Below are positions 19,878-30,741 of a stretch of DNA of 64,000 bases, piece by piece. The translations under genes and the position numbers were made by a program. Source of the stretch: Spirochaetia bacterium (GTDB lineage: Bacteria; Spirochaetota; Spirochaetia; SZUA-6; Bin103); the NCBI GenBank assembly GCA_965203905.1, contig CBDBDQ010000005.1, forward strand, positions 7,200,001 through 7,264,000, written 5' to 3'. Position 1 is the stretch's first letter. Every line of letters starts with the position of its first letter. The notes under the pieces are model-generated. The model was not told the origin of the DNA, did no database searches, and saw nothing but the letters and a program-made list of their open reading frames with translations.

Positions 19878-20738
19878 ATGTGGTACCTGCGGCTCGCCAC
19901 GCTGCTCCTGGTCGGCGTCCTCGCGGTCGGCTGCCGCGGAGTGGTCGCCACACCACCCTACCAGGCGACGCCGCTGCCGGCCGACACCAGCGAGCTGTTC
20001 CGGGTGTTCGGCAATGCCGACGCCGACACGGTGTGGATCTTCGAGCAGGGCGGTCCGTCGCATACGCTGCTGGAGAATCCTCACCTTTACCTCAGCGGGT
20101 TCCCCGTCTTCCGGGAGATACAGTTCGTCCAGGTGCATCAGACCCTTACCCTCAACCACGGCCTGGCCGCGCGCCATGCCGAGCTTTCCCTCGCCGACCT
20201 GCAGGCCGAGGTCGACGTCAGCGTCGAGATCCTGCGGCGCACCATCGCGCACTTCAAGGCGCAGGGCAAACGGGTGGTGGTGATCGGATACTCCTACGGC
20301 GCGTTCCTCACCGCGCGCTACCTGGCTGCGGACGGCCCCGGCGCCGCCGACCGCTTCGCGCTCATCGCGGGGCGCCTGGACATGCCGGAGACCTTCGTCG
20401 ACGGCGCGCTCGACGGCGTGCTGCATCACTTCCCGAACGCGGTCGATCCGCAGCCGTTTCCGGTTCAGCCGGCCACCGACCGCGAGTTCATCCGCCTGCG
20501 GATCATGGGAGCCACGGCACACGATCGCTATACGGTGCGGCTTGCCGGGGCCGACCTGCGGCGGGTGCTCTACGTGTACGGCACCGCGGATACCGTGGTC
20601 GGGCGGCTCACCACTGCGGAAGTGCGGTTCCTGGAGTCGGCGGGGAGCCGGATCATTGCCGTGCCGGGCGGCAGCCACCTGTCCCCCGTGATAGATCCGG
20701 CCGTGTTGCAGCAGATCATCGACGCGTTGCAGGAATAG
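19878..20738 (+). CDS. Alpha/beta-hydrolase lipoprotein (paralog 2)
   Basis: Lipobox LAVGC, QGGP, GYSYG, YGTADT, GGSH; colinear with upstream paralog. Confidence 0.8.
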   Translation: MWYLRLATLLLVGVLAVGCRGVVATPPYQATPLPADTSELFRVFGNADADTVWIFEQGGPSHTLLENPHLYLSGFPVFREIQFVQVHQTLTLNHGLAARHAELSLADLQAEVDVSVEILRRTIAHFKAQGKRVVVIGYSYGAFLTARYLAADGPGAADRFALIAGRLDMPETFVDGALDGVLHHFPNAVDPQPFPVQPATDREFIRLRIMGATAHDRYTVRLAGADLRRVLYVYGTADTVVGRLTTAEVRFLESAGSRIIAVPGGSHLSPVIDPAVLQQIIDALQE

Positions 20739-20789
20739 CGGCGGGGCGCCGCACGGCGGGGCAGGGAGTCGCTGCCTCGGCGCTGCCGC

Positions 20790-21242
20790 TCATCCCGGTT
20801 TGCCGCGCGCAAGCTCCGAAAGCCTGGTCTCTTCCGGCACGTCCGTGTCACTTTCGAACAGCAACCGGTACCCGTCGGGATCCTGCAACTCGGTAACCCA
20901 CATCGCGTTCCCGACCTGCGGCTCGGTAGCATCGTGTCCCCGCTCGCGCACAGCGCGGTAGAACGCCACGGCGTCTGCGCAGAAGAAACACAGGACCACC
21001 CCCGCTCCCTTGTCCGGACCGAACCGGCGCGCGTCGTGGCCGGTGGTTCGGAACTGCTGCAACATGAGCGATGCGCCGCCCAAGCGCAGCTGACACCAGC
21101 GCAGCACGCCCTCGTCGACCCACTTGCCCTCCAGGGCAAACCCCAGCCCGTCCACGTAGAAGGCGAGGGAAGCGCCCATGTCGGCCACCGCCAGGAACGG
21201 AACCACTTCCCTGACCTCGGTCACGCTGCCGGAGTTCGCCAT
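20790..21242 (-). CDS. VOC/glyoxalase family protein
   Basis: VPFLAVADMGASLAFYVDGLGF, LQDPDGYRLLF. Confidence 0.88.
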   Translation of the reverse strand: MANSGSVTEVREVVPFLAVADMGASLAFYVDGLGFALEGKWVDEGVLRWCQLRLGGASLMLQQFRTTGHDARRFGPDKGAGVVLCFFCADAVAFYRAVRERGHDATEPQVGNAMWVTELQDPDGYRLLFESDTDVPEETRLSELARGKPG

Positions 21243-21256
21243 CCGCCCCCGCTCGG

Positions 21257-22120
21257 TTACAACTTCAGGTACGCGCCGGGGCGCCGATTCGTCGCTGCCG
21301 GCACGGCGCACCCGGAGTAGCGCGGCTGCAGCGGGGTCAGGCGTTCGAGCGCCTCCTGCGGCGCCCCCGCGGTGAATGCCCGGTGGCTGGCCGAGTAGGA
21401 GGCGCGCATACGCTCCGAGAGCTCGTCCCAGCGCGGCAGGTACCACATCGTCAGCACCGTGCGCCGCTGGCCGGTGCGATTGGCCCGAGGTGCGTGCAGC
21501 ACGCGCGAGTCGCCGATCAAAAGGTCTCCGGCCGTAATCGGCACGTCGATCTGACCCGCGGCATCGGCGTACTTGATCGACGTGTCGGGATCCTCGTAGC
21601 GGATATCGGTGCCGTGCCCCTCGTACTCGTGCTGCGGATACCGGCGCCGGTGCGAGCCCGGAATGACCCGCAGGCAGCCGTTCGCCGGCGACGTGTCCAC
21701 CAGGTAGTACATGAGAAACACCTTGACCGGGAGAGGATCGGCGCTCTCCGGTTCGTCCCAGTACATCCAGTCCTGGTGCCAGTACGCCGACTTGGTGCGG
21801 GGCTCACGCGAGATGATGAAACCTGACAGGTAGCGGACCGAGTCGAACCCGAGGTCCTCCAGCGCGGCCAGCGCCCGCGGCCACGAGATGAGATCGGCGA
21901 ATACCGCGGGCGCGAACGGAATCGGCTGCCAGGCTCCCTGTCCACCCTGGACGCGCTTCTCCTCCTCGGTGAGCTGGTCGAGCAACGCCGACGTTTCCCG
22001 CCGGAGCGAGTCGAGCATCGGGGCATCGAGAACGTCGGGGACGATGCAGAACCCGTCGCTGACGAGCTGCTCGCGTGCGCGCGCCAGGCGGACAGTGCCT
22101 GTCGCGGTTGCCGGCGCCAC
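21257..22120 (-). CDS. PhyH-family Fe(II)/2OG dioxygenase
   Basis: DGFCIVPDVL, WHQD, NGCLRVIPGSH, GDLLIGDSRVLH, RRTV. Confidence 0.88.
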   Translation of the reverse strand: MAPATATGTVRLARAREQLVSDGFCIVPDVLDAPMLDSLRRETSALLDQLTEEEKRVQGGQGAWQPIPFAPAVFADLISWPRALAALEDLGFDSVRYLSGFIISREPRTKSAYWHQDWMYWDEPESADPLPVKVFLMYYLVDTSPANGCLRVIPGSHRRRYPQHEYEGHGTDIRYEDPDTSIKYADAAGQIDVPITAGDLLIGDSRVLHAPRANRTGQRRTVLTMWYLPRWDELSERMRASYSASHRAFTAGAPQEALERLTPLQPRYSGCAVPAATNRRPGAYLKL

Positions 22121-22130
22121 GGCTTCGGCG

Positions 22131-23123
22131 CTAAGTAGCTTGGCCCTTCAGGCGCCGGCGCCGGGCGCGCATCTCCACCTCTGATTCGGACGAGCCGTCG
22201 AAGAAGCTGCCGAACCACTTGTCGAGCGGGATGATCTCGCCGCCGTAGTTGCAGTCGAAGTACTTGTGGTGGAGGTAGTGGAAGTATCCGCCGTTCTTGA
22301 TCTCGTGCTCATCGCCGACCTCGATCTTGAAGAAGCCGGTATGGCCGGGAACCGGTGATACCCCGGCGTGCATGAGGTGGAACACCGCGTGCAGCGGATG
22401 CGACGGAATGACCCAGTGGATCAACACACCGCTGAAATACAGCAGGTGCTCGATGGGATGCATCGACAGCCCCGACCACGGCCCGGGATTGACGTTCTTG
22501 TGATGCAGGTAGTGGGCCGACTTGTACAGCGGCTTCCAGTGAGTGAGCCGGTGCACCCAGTAGAAGTGGAAGTTGCGCAACAGGGGGATGGCCAGCATCA
22601 GCAGCACGAAATAGACCGGGCTGGTTGCGAAGGCGATCGTCGGCAGCACGCCGTTGGCGTAGAGCCACAGCGTGACCGCTTCGTACGCGGTCCAGATCAG
22701 CCCGCCGCTGACCAGGGTCCAGAACACGTTGTCCCGGGTCTGGTTGCGGAACATGAAGGTGCGATTGTTGGAACTCGGCCAACGGTTGCTGAACTTGTGG
22801 CGAACGTCCTGGGCGCGCTGGATGTACAGCCGCAGGTGCACCGAACCGTAGAGCACGATGATCAGCACCGCGTTGCGGGCATAGATCTCGGCGATCCAGC
22901 CCACCCCGAAGGTACCGGTACGGCTCAGGTCCGGCGTGAACCAGAGCCAGCAGACCACCGCGAGCACGGTATAGAAGAGGTTGTACGGCCAGTAGAATGC
23001 AACCAGCGATTTCAGGGCCGGCCACAGCCGGAGCGGCCAGGAGAACAGCGCCGAAGGCGCCGGCAGCGGGTCGGGCAGCCACTCACCGCGCCGGTCGCGG
23101 TGCCGGAGATCAGCTTCAGCCAT
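22131..23123 (-). CDS. Sterol desaturase / fatty acid hydroxylase family membrane protein
   Basis: His boxes HFYWVHRLTH, HYLHH, HPIEH, FHYLHH; hydrophobic segments. Confidence 0.88.
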   Translation of the reverse strand: MAEADLRHRDRRGEWLPDPLPAPSALFSWPLRLWPALKSLVAFYWPYNLFYTVLAVVCWLWFTPDLSRTGTFGVGWIAEIYARNAVLIIVLYGSVHLRLYIQRAQDVRHKFSNRWPSSNNRTFMFRNQTRDNVFWTLVSGGLIWTAYEAVTLWLYANGVLPTIAFATSPVYFVLLMLAIPLLRNFHFYWVHRLTHWKPLYKSAHYLHHKNVNPGPWSGLSMHPIEHLLYFSGVLIHWVIPSHPLHAVFHLMHAGVSPVPGHTGFFKIEVGDEHEIKNGGYFHYLHHKYFDCNYGGEIIPLDKWFGSFFDGSSESEVEMRARRRRLKGQAT

Positions 23124-23718
23124 AACGGTGAGTGTAGCCAAACGCCAAGCGGTTGCCCACCCCATCCACCCCATCACACCCCATCGGCCCAATCGGGCGG
23201 CGGAACCAGGGCATTCCATGTTGAACGACGTGTGCAGTCCCATGTGACAAGGGATGTTCCGGAAGGTAAGGAAGTGGCCGAGCGGCGATGATGGCTTCGG
23301 CACCTGTCAGATCGGCAGCTTCAGGATTCGTGGTTCGTTCGCTGTACGATGTGTCCAGAAATGAACGGGGGGGCCTCCCGCAACGTCGGTCTCCGCCGAT
23401 GCGTTGCTGTCCCGTGGGTCGACCTCTCGCGGTAGCCAGCCTTGATGGCGTCAACTGCTGGTCGGGTCGGCCACGGTGCGGCGCCGCGCTGAAGGATTCT
23501 GCAAAAATTGCCAAAAAAAATTGGGCTGGGCACTTGACGGGTTTGGCGCTGCTCATAGCGGCCTCCTGCCGCACGTTCCGGCCCCTCCGACCCTTCGAAC
23601 ATCCCGCCACGCCCTCCAGGCCCGCCAGCACCCGCCAGCGTCGGCCTGAGCCCTTCCCAGTGCCGGTCCCGGGACTTGGCTAAACCGGTCATTTCTCAGC
23701 CATGATTATATTTACGCC

Positions 23719-25236
23719 ATGGATACTGTGGCTACCGCGACCCCTACCGGCTTCTCCTCCTCGCTCTCCGGGCTCCCCGACCAGGTGCTGCTGGCGCACA
23801 CCAGGTCCCTCGTCCTGCACGAGCAGGCGCTGCAGCTCGCCGTCCTCGACCACCTGCGCGAGATCCACGCCCGCCACCTGCACCTGCGCCTCGGCTTCTC
23901 CAGCCTGTTCGACTACGCGGTGCGCGAACTGGGCTACAGCGAAGGCGCCGCCTGGCGCCGTATCAAAGCCATGCGCCTGTGCTCCGATACCGCCGGGACA
24001 CGCGAGCGGCTGCAGGACGGCTCGCTCTCCCTGAGCGCGGCGGCGCAGTTGCAGAACACCTTCGATCTCCTGCAGCGCACGGCGACCGCCGTCGCGGACC
24101 CCGGCTCGCCACCCGCGGCACCGGAGCTGCTGCCGCGCGCCACGGGGGCGACGCCGGAGACGGGGGCTTCGGGGGCCGCGGCAGCGGCGCCGGCGCGAGC
24201 GGTGCCGGCGCTGGACGCGGCGCAGCGGCAGGAGCTGGTCGCGCAGGCGAGCGGCAAGAGCACCCGCGAGGTGAAGCAGTTGTTGGCCGCGGTGGCTCCC
24301 GAGCTGGCGTGGCCGGCCGATCGCCTGCGGGCGCTGGGCGACGGCCGCTGCGAGCTGAAGGTGGTGATCGACTCTGCCTGTCAGTGTGGGATCGAGCAGC
24401 TGCGGGCACTGCTGTCGCACGTGGACCCGCACCTGACGCTGGGGCAGTTGGTGGAGCGGCTGGTGCAGGACGGCCTGCAGCGCTACGACCCGGGGCGACC
24501 GCCGCGCGGTCGCAGAGGTGGGCGCCGGGAGGCAAGCGCGGGCCAGGCGCCGGAGACGAAGCCGCAGGAAGCGCCGGCGGGCGGAGCGACTTCGCCGGCG
24601 AAGCGGGGCACGCAAAAGAAACCCGGAGCGCCGCCGCCGGAGGGCACGAGCGCCGGTGGCAGCACCTCGGCGGTGGCAGCGCTGTCCGCGCCGCCTTCGG
24701 GGCGCGAGACTTGCGGCGGCAGCACCCCGGTGAGTGCCAAGCCAGCGGCGGCGGCGCCCGGCACCACTACTTCGGCGGCGAAGGTGGCGGCTGGTTGCGG
24801 GTCCCGCGCCACCGTACCGCCGTTGCCAGCAGACCGGAGCTTGCCGACCCCGCGGGAAGCAGCGGATCGCGGTCGCAACGCTCCTTCGCCAGCGAAGCGG
24901 GCAGGGGCGGCGCAGCTCGACGGCCGTTCGCAGCCGCAGCCAGAGGCAGCCGGCCCCTCCGGAGGCAGCGCGCAGCCGCCCCACCGGGCGCGCCGATCCC
25001 GCTACATCCCGGTACCAGTGCGGCGCGAGGTGTGGCGACGCGACGGCGGCTGCTGCAGTTACGTCGATCCGCACAGCGGACGGCGCTGCGGCTCCCGCTT
25101 CCTGCTGGAGCTTGACCACATCGTTCCCTTCGCCCTCGGCGGCGGTGCGGAGCCCGGGAACTTGCGCCTTCGCTGTCGAGCCCACCACCGCTTCCGGCAT
25201 CGGGAGGACGCGCCGTCGCCAGACGGGGCCACGTGA
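23719..25236 (+). CDS. HNH endonuclease with helical N-terminal domain (DUF222/13E12-like architecture) and low-complexity linker
   Basis: GFSSLFDYAVRELGYSEGAAWRRI N-terminus; RYIPVPVRREVWRRDGGCC...RCGS...ELDHIVPFALGG...NLRLRCRAHH C-terminus. Confidence 0.85.
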   Translation: MDTVATATPTGFSSSLSGLPDQVLLAHTRSLVLHEQALQLAVLDHLREIHARHLHLRLGFSSLFDYAVRELGYSEGAAWRRIKAMRLCSDTAGTRERLQDGSLSLSAAAQLQNTFDLLQRTATAVADPGSPPAAPELLPRATGATPETGASGAAAAAPARAVPALDAAQRQELVAQASGKSTREVKQLLAAVAPELAWPADRLRALGDGRCELKVVIDSACQCGIEQLRALLSHVDPHLTLGQLVERLVQDGLQRYDPGRPPRGRRGGRREASAGQAPETKPQEAPAGGATSPAKRGTQKKPGAPPPEGTSAGGSTSAVAALSAPPSGRETCGGSTPVSAKPAAAAPGTTTSAAKVAAGCGSRATVPPLPADRSLPTPREAADRGRNAPSPAKRAGAAQLDGRSQPQPEAAGPSGGSAQPPHRARRSRYIPVPVRREVWRRDGGCCSYVDPHSGRRCGSRFLLELDHIVPFALGGGAEPGNLRLRCRAHHRFRHREDAPSPDGAT

Positions 25237-25495
25237 ACGGCGCTCGCCGGGGTGCGAGTTGGGCGGTTGGGCCGTCGGGCGTCGGTCCGAGGGCAGCGGG
25301 AGCAACTGTCTATTTGCCGCCGGCTTGTCGCGCCGCGTGGGATAGTCCTGAGGCCGAACGCCGACGCGGCGAGGTCGCGCTCCTCCGAGCCGGCTGTCGT
25401 TCCTTCCACGAGCCGTCCACTCGCCGCCGCCGGCACCGCCAGGGCCGCAGGATCCTCGGGTGATCCAGGACGCCAACTCCGGCTACCATGAAGGG

Positions 25496-26812
<1,317 letters not shown>

Positions 26813-26963
26813 ACTGGCCCGGCCACCGGCTTGACCGGTGCCGCCAGCGTGCCACGGCGTCTATTGCGTTGACGGCGGGTTGCCCCGACGCAATCACGGG
26901 TTGTGGTGGTGGCCTGGGTGGAGTGTCTTCCATACGGTATCATTCCGATCTGAGTCTTCCGAC

Positions 26964-27761
26964 TCAGGCACGCCAAACGAGTTCATCGAGCGGAATGCCG
27001 GGGTCGACGCGGTGGGCCGGCGGCAGCGGCTCTGCCACCGGCACGGTCCCGCAGAGCCAGTTCCAGGTGTGCTCACCCCGGCGCCGGTCGCGATAGGACT
27101 CGACCTCCGTCACGTACGGGTGCCTCTCGGGGTACTGGAACGCGGGAACGGCGGAAGACGCGGTCACCCAGTCCCGCTTCGGCAGCGTGTTCCGGTAGTA
27201 GGAGAACTTGATCATGCCGCGCCGCGTCGCGTTCAGCTTCGGTCCCGCCTTGTGCCAGATCCCATACCGGGTCAGGACAACGGTCCCTGCCGGAACGGTA
27301 AGCGAAAGTTGCCCCAGAATGTCCCCGTAGTGGGCTATCGCCTCGCGATCGACCACCCGTTGGTGGGAGCCGGGCAGAACCATCGTCGGACCATCTTCGA
27401 GTTCCACCGCCTGCGGATAGTAGTAGCACTGCAGATGGGTGATGCCGTAGCCCTGGTCGGTGAGCCCATCGGAATGCCACGTCTGCCCACCGTGTGGGGC
27501 CTCGTAGAGATGGTGGTGTGCGCTTGCCGGCACCAGGAGGTTGGCGCCCAGCAGCGAACGAGCCACGCCACCGACCTGCGCTTGCAGAAGCACCTCGCGG
27601 CGGAACGCCTCGCTGCGCACGAAGTCGGTCAGGTGGCCGGCGGGCACCGATCCGCATGCCCTGTTAAGCGCGCTGTCGACGACGCCCTCCAGCATGACGT
27701 AACCGTCGTGGATGAAACGCATCACCTGTTCATCGTTCAAGGTCGGCTCGATATCCCTCAT
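26964..27761 (-). CDS. PhyH-family dioxygenase (PTLND subfamily, copy A)
   Basis: MRDIEPTLNDEQV..GYVMLEGVV, QTWHSDG, YYYPQ, GPTMVLPGSH, YGIWH; ATG 1 nt after upstream stop. Confidence 0.85.
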   Translation of the reverse strand: MRDIEPTLNDEQVMRFIHDGYVMLEGVVDSALNRACGSVPAGHLTDFVRSEAFRREVLLQAQVGGVARSLLGANLLVPASAHHHLYEAPHGGQTWHSDGLTDQGYGITHLQCYYYPQAVELEDGPTMVLPGSHQRVVDREAIAHYGDILGQLSLTVPAGTVVLTRYGIWHKAGPKLNATRRGMIKFSYYRNTLPKRDWVTASSAVPAFQYPERHPYVTEVESYRDRRRGEHTWNWLCGTVPVAEPLPPAHRVDPGIPLDELVWRA

Positions 27762-27762
27762 G

Positions 27763-28185
27763 TCACCCGTACCTTTCCAGTATGAACTCGAACCCGAGGT
27801 AGGCGTTATCGAGATCGGAAAAACGGTACACTTCGGGCCGCGGAAACTGCACGATCCGCCACCCGTCGCGGACCGCGTCGAGCACCGATGTGTAGGGGAT
27901 GTCCTGCGACGGCAGCACCGGTTCGTCGGACGCGGCGGGATCGTAGAGCGTCCACGCGCTGAGCGAAGAGCGCGGGTTGGTCGACTTCGAATAGAGGTAG
28001 AGAAGCGTCTGGCGGGGCGCGTGTTCCGCCTCCAGGACGCTGACGCCCTGACGCAGATCCGCCTCGGTGAGCACGCCGGTTCGCAGCTTTTGCAGGCAAC
28101 CGTCGAGCCAATCCCTGACTGCCGACCTGGTCCGAAACTGGCGGCCACCGTGCACTGCTCCATCGGAGTGACCGTGCTGACTCAC
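27763..28185 (-). CDS. Small uncharacterised protein (PY.S.L.A.RDGWR..QFP family, copy A)
   Basis: Clear homolog of 41855..42235; start position uncertain. Confidence 0.75.
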   Translation of the reverse strand: MSQHGHSDGAVHGGRQFRTRSAVRDWLDGCLQKLRTGVLTEADLRQGVSVLEAEHAPRQTLLYLYSKSTNPRSSLSAWTLYDPAASDEPVLPSQDIPYTSVLDAVRDGWRIVQFPRPEVYRFSDLDNAYLGFEFILERYG

Positions 28186-28290
28186 GGGGCCAGCGTATGG
28201 TGCGCCCGGTCGGTTTGTCCATCCGCGGTGACGCCTCCCGCCCCCGAGATCCGTTGTCGAACCGGCCCGACTAGTCCATAGTTTACGTCC

Positions 28291-28557
28291 ATGGACAAAA
28301 GAACGATTCCCGCGGGCGAATTCAAGCAGAAGTGTCTCGCCCTTATCGACCAGGTCGCCGCGACCGGCACCGCGATCGTCATCAGCAAGTATGGAAAGCC
28401 CGTGGCCCGCTTGATGCCGCTGGAGGAACCGGAGCAGACCGAGCAGCGGATTCTGGATGCACTCCGCTCCGGCAGCGGCGGCATGCTCGTGGATGAGGAA
28501 ACGTTCCTGGCGCCCACGGCGGATATCGCCGGCTGGCCCTCGGACGCCGCACCATGA
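28291..28557 (+). CDS. Phd/YefM antitoxin
   Basis: IPAGEFKQKCLALIDQV...IVISKYGKPVARLMP. Confidence 0.9.
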   Translation: MDKRTIPAGEFKQKCLALIDQVAATGTAIVISKYGKPVARLMPLEEPEQTEQRILDALRSGSGGMLVDEETFLAPTADIAGWPSDAAP

Positions 28558-28940
28558 TCACCCTCGACACCCATGTCGCCGTATGGTGGACCCAGACGCC
28601 CGAGCACCTCAGCCCGGCGGCGGCACAGAGCATTCACCGCGCGGACCGGATCCTGGTTCCCGCGATCGTGTTCTGGGAGGTCGCGCTGCTGGTACGCAAG
28701 GAGCGCCTGCGGCTGAACAACGATCAGCCGGCCGGGGCATGGGCGCAGCAGGTGCTGGCAATCCCGCGCGTCCAGGAAGTTCCACTCACCCAGCGGCTCG
28801 CGGTTGCCGCCGACGCGGCCGCCATGCACGCCGATCCCGCGGACCGGTTCATCGCGGTGACCGCGCATGACCTGAGTGCACCGCTGGTCACCAAGGATCA
28901 CCTGATGCGAAACCTTCCCTGGCTCCCGACGGTGTGGTGA
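28554..28940 (+). CDS. vapC: VapC PIN-domain toxin
   Basis: ITLDTH, FWEV, HADPADRFI, LVTKD; ATGA overlap with antitoxin. Confidence 0.9.
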   Translation: MITLDTHVAVWWTQTPEHLSPAAAQSIHRADRILVPAIVFWEVALLVRKERLRLNNDQPAGAWAQQVLAIPRVQEVPLTQRLAVAADAAAMHADPADRFIAVTAHDLSAPLVTKDHLMRNLPWLPTVW

Positions 28941-29306
28941 TTGCATCGTAATCCGCGCGCCCTCAGGCGATTCCTCGCCCGGTCACGGTCTGGGAGATGC
29001 AGCGACCGCCGCGGCTACGGGTCGGCGCTGGCCAGATGATTCGCCGTCACCGCGGTTGACCGCAGCAACCGCGCCAACTACATTACGCTCTTTCCCGAGT
29101 CGCAGCCCGCTGCGGCGCGCCGTTTCATTCGATACAAGTGCCACGTTTCCCATGTTTCGCAAGATGAGTTACCACGAGCCGGCACGGTCACTCCGTGACA
29201 CGGAAGACCATGAAACCGTCGCATGGCGCAGTGCATGGTGACCGCCACTTTCGGATCAGACCAGCATCGGGCCGGCTCGGGCCGGCCGTGCACTAACTGC
29301 GGCTAG

Positions 29307-30701
29307 ATGATCCGCGGCGCTGGATGGAAGCGGTGGCCGTGGAGGTGGTTCCGTGGCTGGTTCCACAGCCATCGCACGCACATCGATCGCCGGCTCCACG
29401 TGGAGGTAGGGCGCGGGGCCGTCGCCCGCTACGTGGTCAGCCGCAAGGATCTGCCCGCGTTCCGGTTCGTGGATCTGTATCGCGCGATCGACGCTTGCCT
29501 GGCCTCCGTCGACAACGTGCGGTGCATCGAGTCCGACAACAGCGAGAGCCTGAACAGACTGTTGCACGGCCGCGTCAACCGCTGGGACTCGCGCAGGATC
29601 ACGAGGTCGCCGCGCACGGCATGGACCGTCGGCCCCGATGAAGAGGTCTTTCTCCCGACCGATCGCTACTGGATCTTTCCCGAGGACGCGACGGCCGCCT
29701 GCGCCATCATCCGCCTGCGCTACGACCGGGAGCACGAAACGGCGGTCCTCGCTGTCGCGGGGATCGATTCGGATCGGGTCGACGCACTGCTCAAGCGGCT
29801 GATCGCCGACAGCATCGTCACCTCGATCTATCGGGCACGGCTACTCACCCTGTCCTACGAGACGGGGACGCGCGACGAGCTTGGCGATGTCGAGAAACCG
29901 GAACGCCTGCGGGTCAGCTTCACGGTCGCCGCGCCGGTGTCGCGGCGTGAATTCGTGGTCGACGAGGAGTTGTACAAGCTGCTGTGGCGGAACGTCGTGG
30001 ATCTCCACGAGCGACGCCAGGTTCTCAAGACGCACGGCGTCCCGATCCGCCGCGGAGTCCTGCTGTACGGACCGCCGGGAACCGGGAAGACGTTCGCCTG
30101 CCGTTACCTCTGTGGGCAATTGCCCGACACCACCCGTATCGTGGTTGCCGGCACTGCCCTGAATCGGATCGGTCAGTTGTTCGACTTCGCATGTACCTAT
30201 CAACCGTCGGTGGTGATCCTGGAGGACGTCGACCTCGCCTTCGCCGCCCGCGACATCAGCCTCTACTCCTCGTCGTTGGGTGATCTGCTCGACCGGATGG
30301 ACGGACTGCGCCCGTCAGACGACGTGGGGGTGATTCTGACGACCAATTCGATCGAACGTCTGGAAGCCGCGATCAAGGACCGTCCGGGACGCATCAGCCA
30401 GTGCGTGTACTTTGGACCGCCCGGGGAGACGTTGCGGCGCCGCTACCTCGAGCACTACGCCGAGGGGTACGACTGCACCGCGGCTGACGTGGAGCGACTG
30501 GTCGCCATGAGTGAGGGGACGACGCCGGCCTTCCTCAAGGAGTGGGTCCATCGCACGGTGCAGATTGCGACGGAGGTTCTGGACGGAGAGGATGGAGAGG
30601 AGCGCCTGCGCCTGTCGCAGGACGCCTTCCAGGAGGCGTTCGACGAGATGAAGCACGCGGGCGACTCATCGGCGCGTATCGTCGGCTTCCTCCCGGAGTG
30701 A
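29307..30701 (+). CDS. AAA+ ATPase with unknown N-terminal domain
   Basis: RGVLLYGPPGTGKT, ILEDVD, LTTN, DRPGR second region of homology. Confidence 0.85.
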   Translation: MIRGAGWKRWPWRWFRGWFHSHRTHIDRRLHVEVGRGAVARYVVSRKDLPAFRFVDLYRAIDACLASVDNVRCIESDNSESLNRLLHGRVNRWDSRRITRSPRTAWTVGPDEEVFLPTDRYWIFPEDATAACAIIRLRYDREHETAVLAVAGIDSDRVDALLKRLIADSIVTSIYRARLLTLSYETGTRDELGDVEKPERLRVSFTVAAPVSRREFVVDEELYKLLWRNVVDLHERRQVLKTHGVPIRRGVLLYGPPGTGKTFACRYLCGQLPDTTRIVVAGTALNRIGQLFDFACTYQPSVVILEDVDLAFAARDISLYSSSLGDLLDRMDGLRPSDDVGVILTTNSIERLEAAIKDRPGRISQCVYFGPPGETLRRRYLEHYAEGYDCTAADVERLVAMSEGTTPAFLKEWVHRTVQIATEVLDGEDGEERLRLSQDAFQEAFDEMKHAGDSSARIVGFLPE

Positions 30702-30741
30702 GCCGCATGGGCGCCACCGGCATTACCCTGCTCGCCCCAAG

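Noticed and set aside
23158-23185. Three CACCCCATC units
   Set aside because: Too short and without spacers; a simple microrepeat, not a CRISPR array.
23719-25236. HNH protein as IscB or Cas9-like
   Set aside because: No PLMP or split RuvC motifs are recognisable, the HNH is C-terminal, and there is no CRISPR array.
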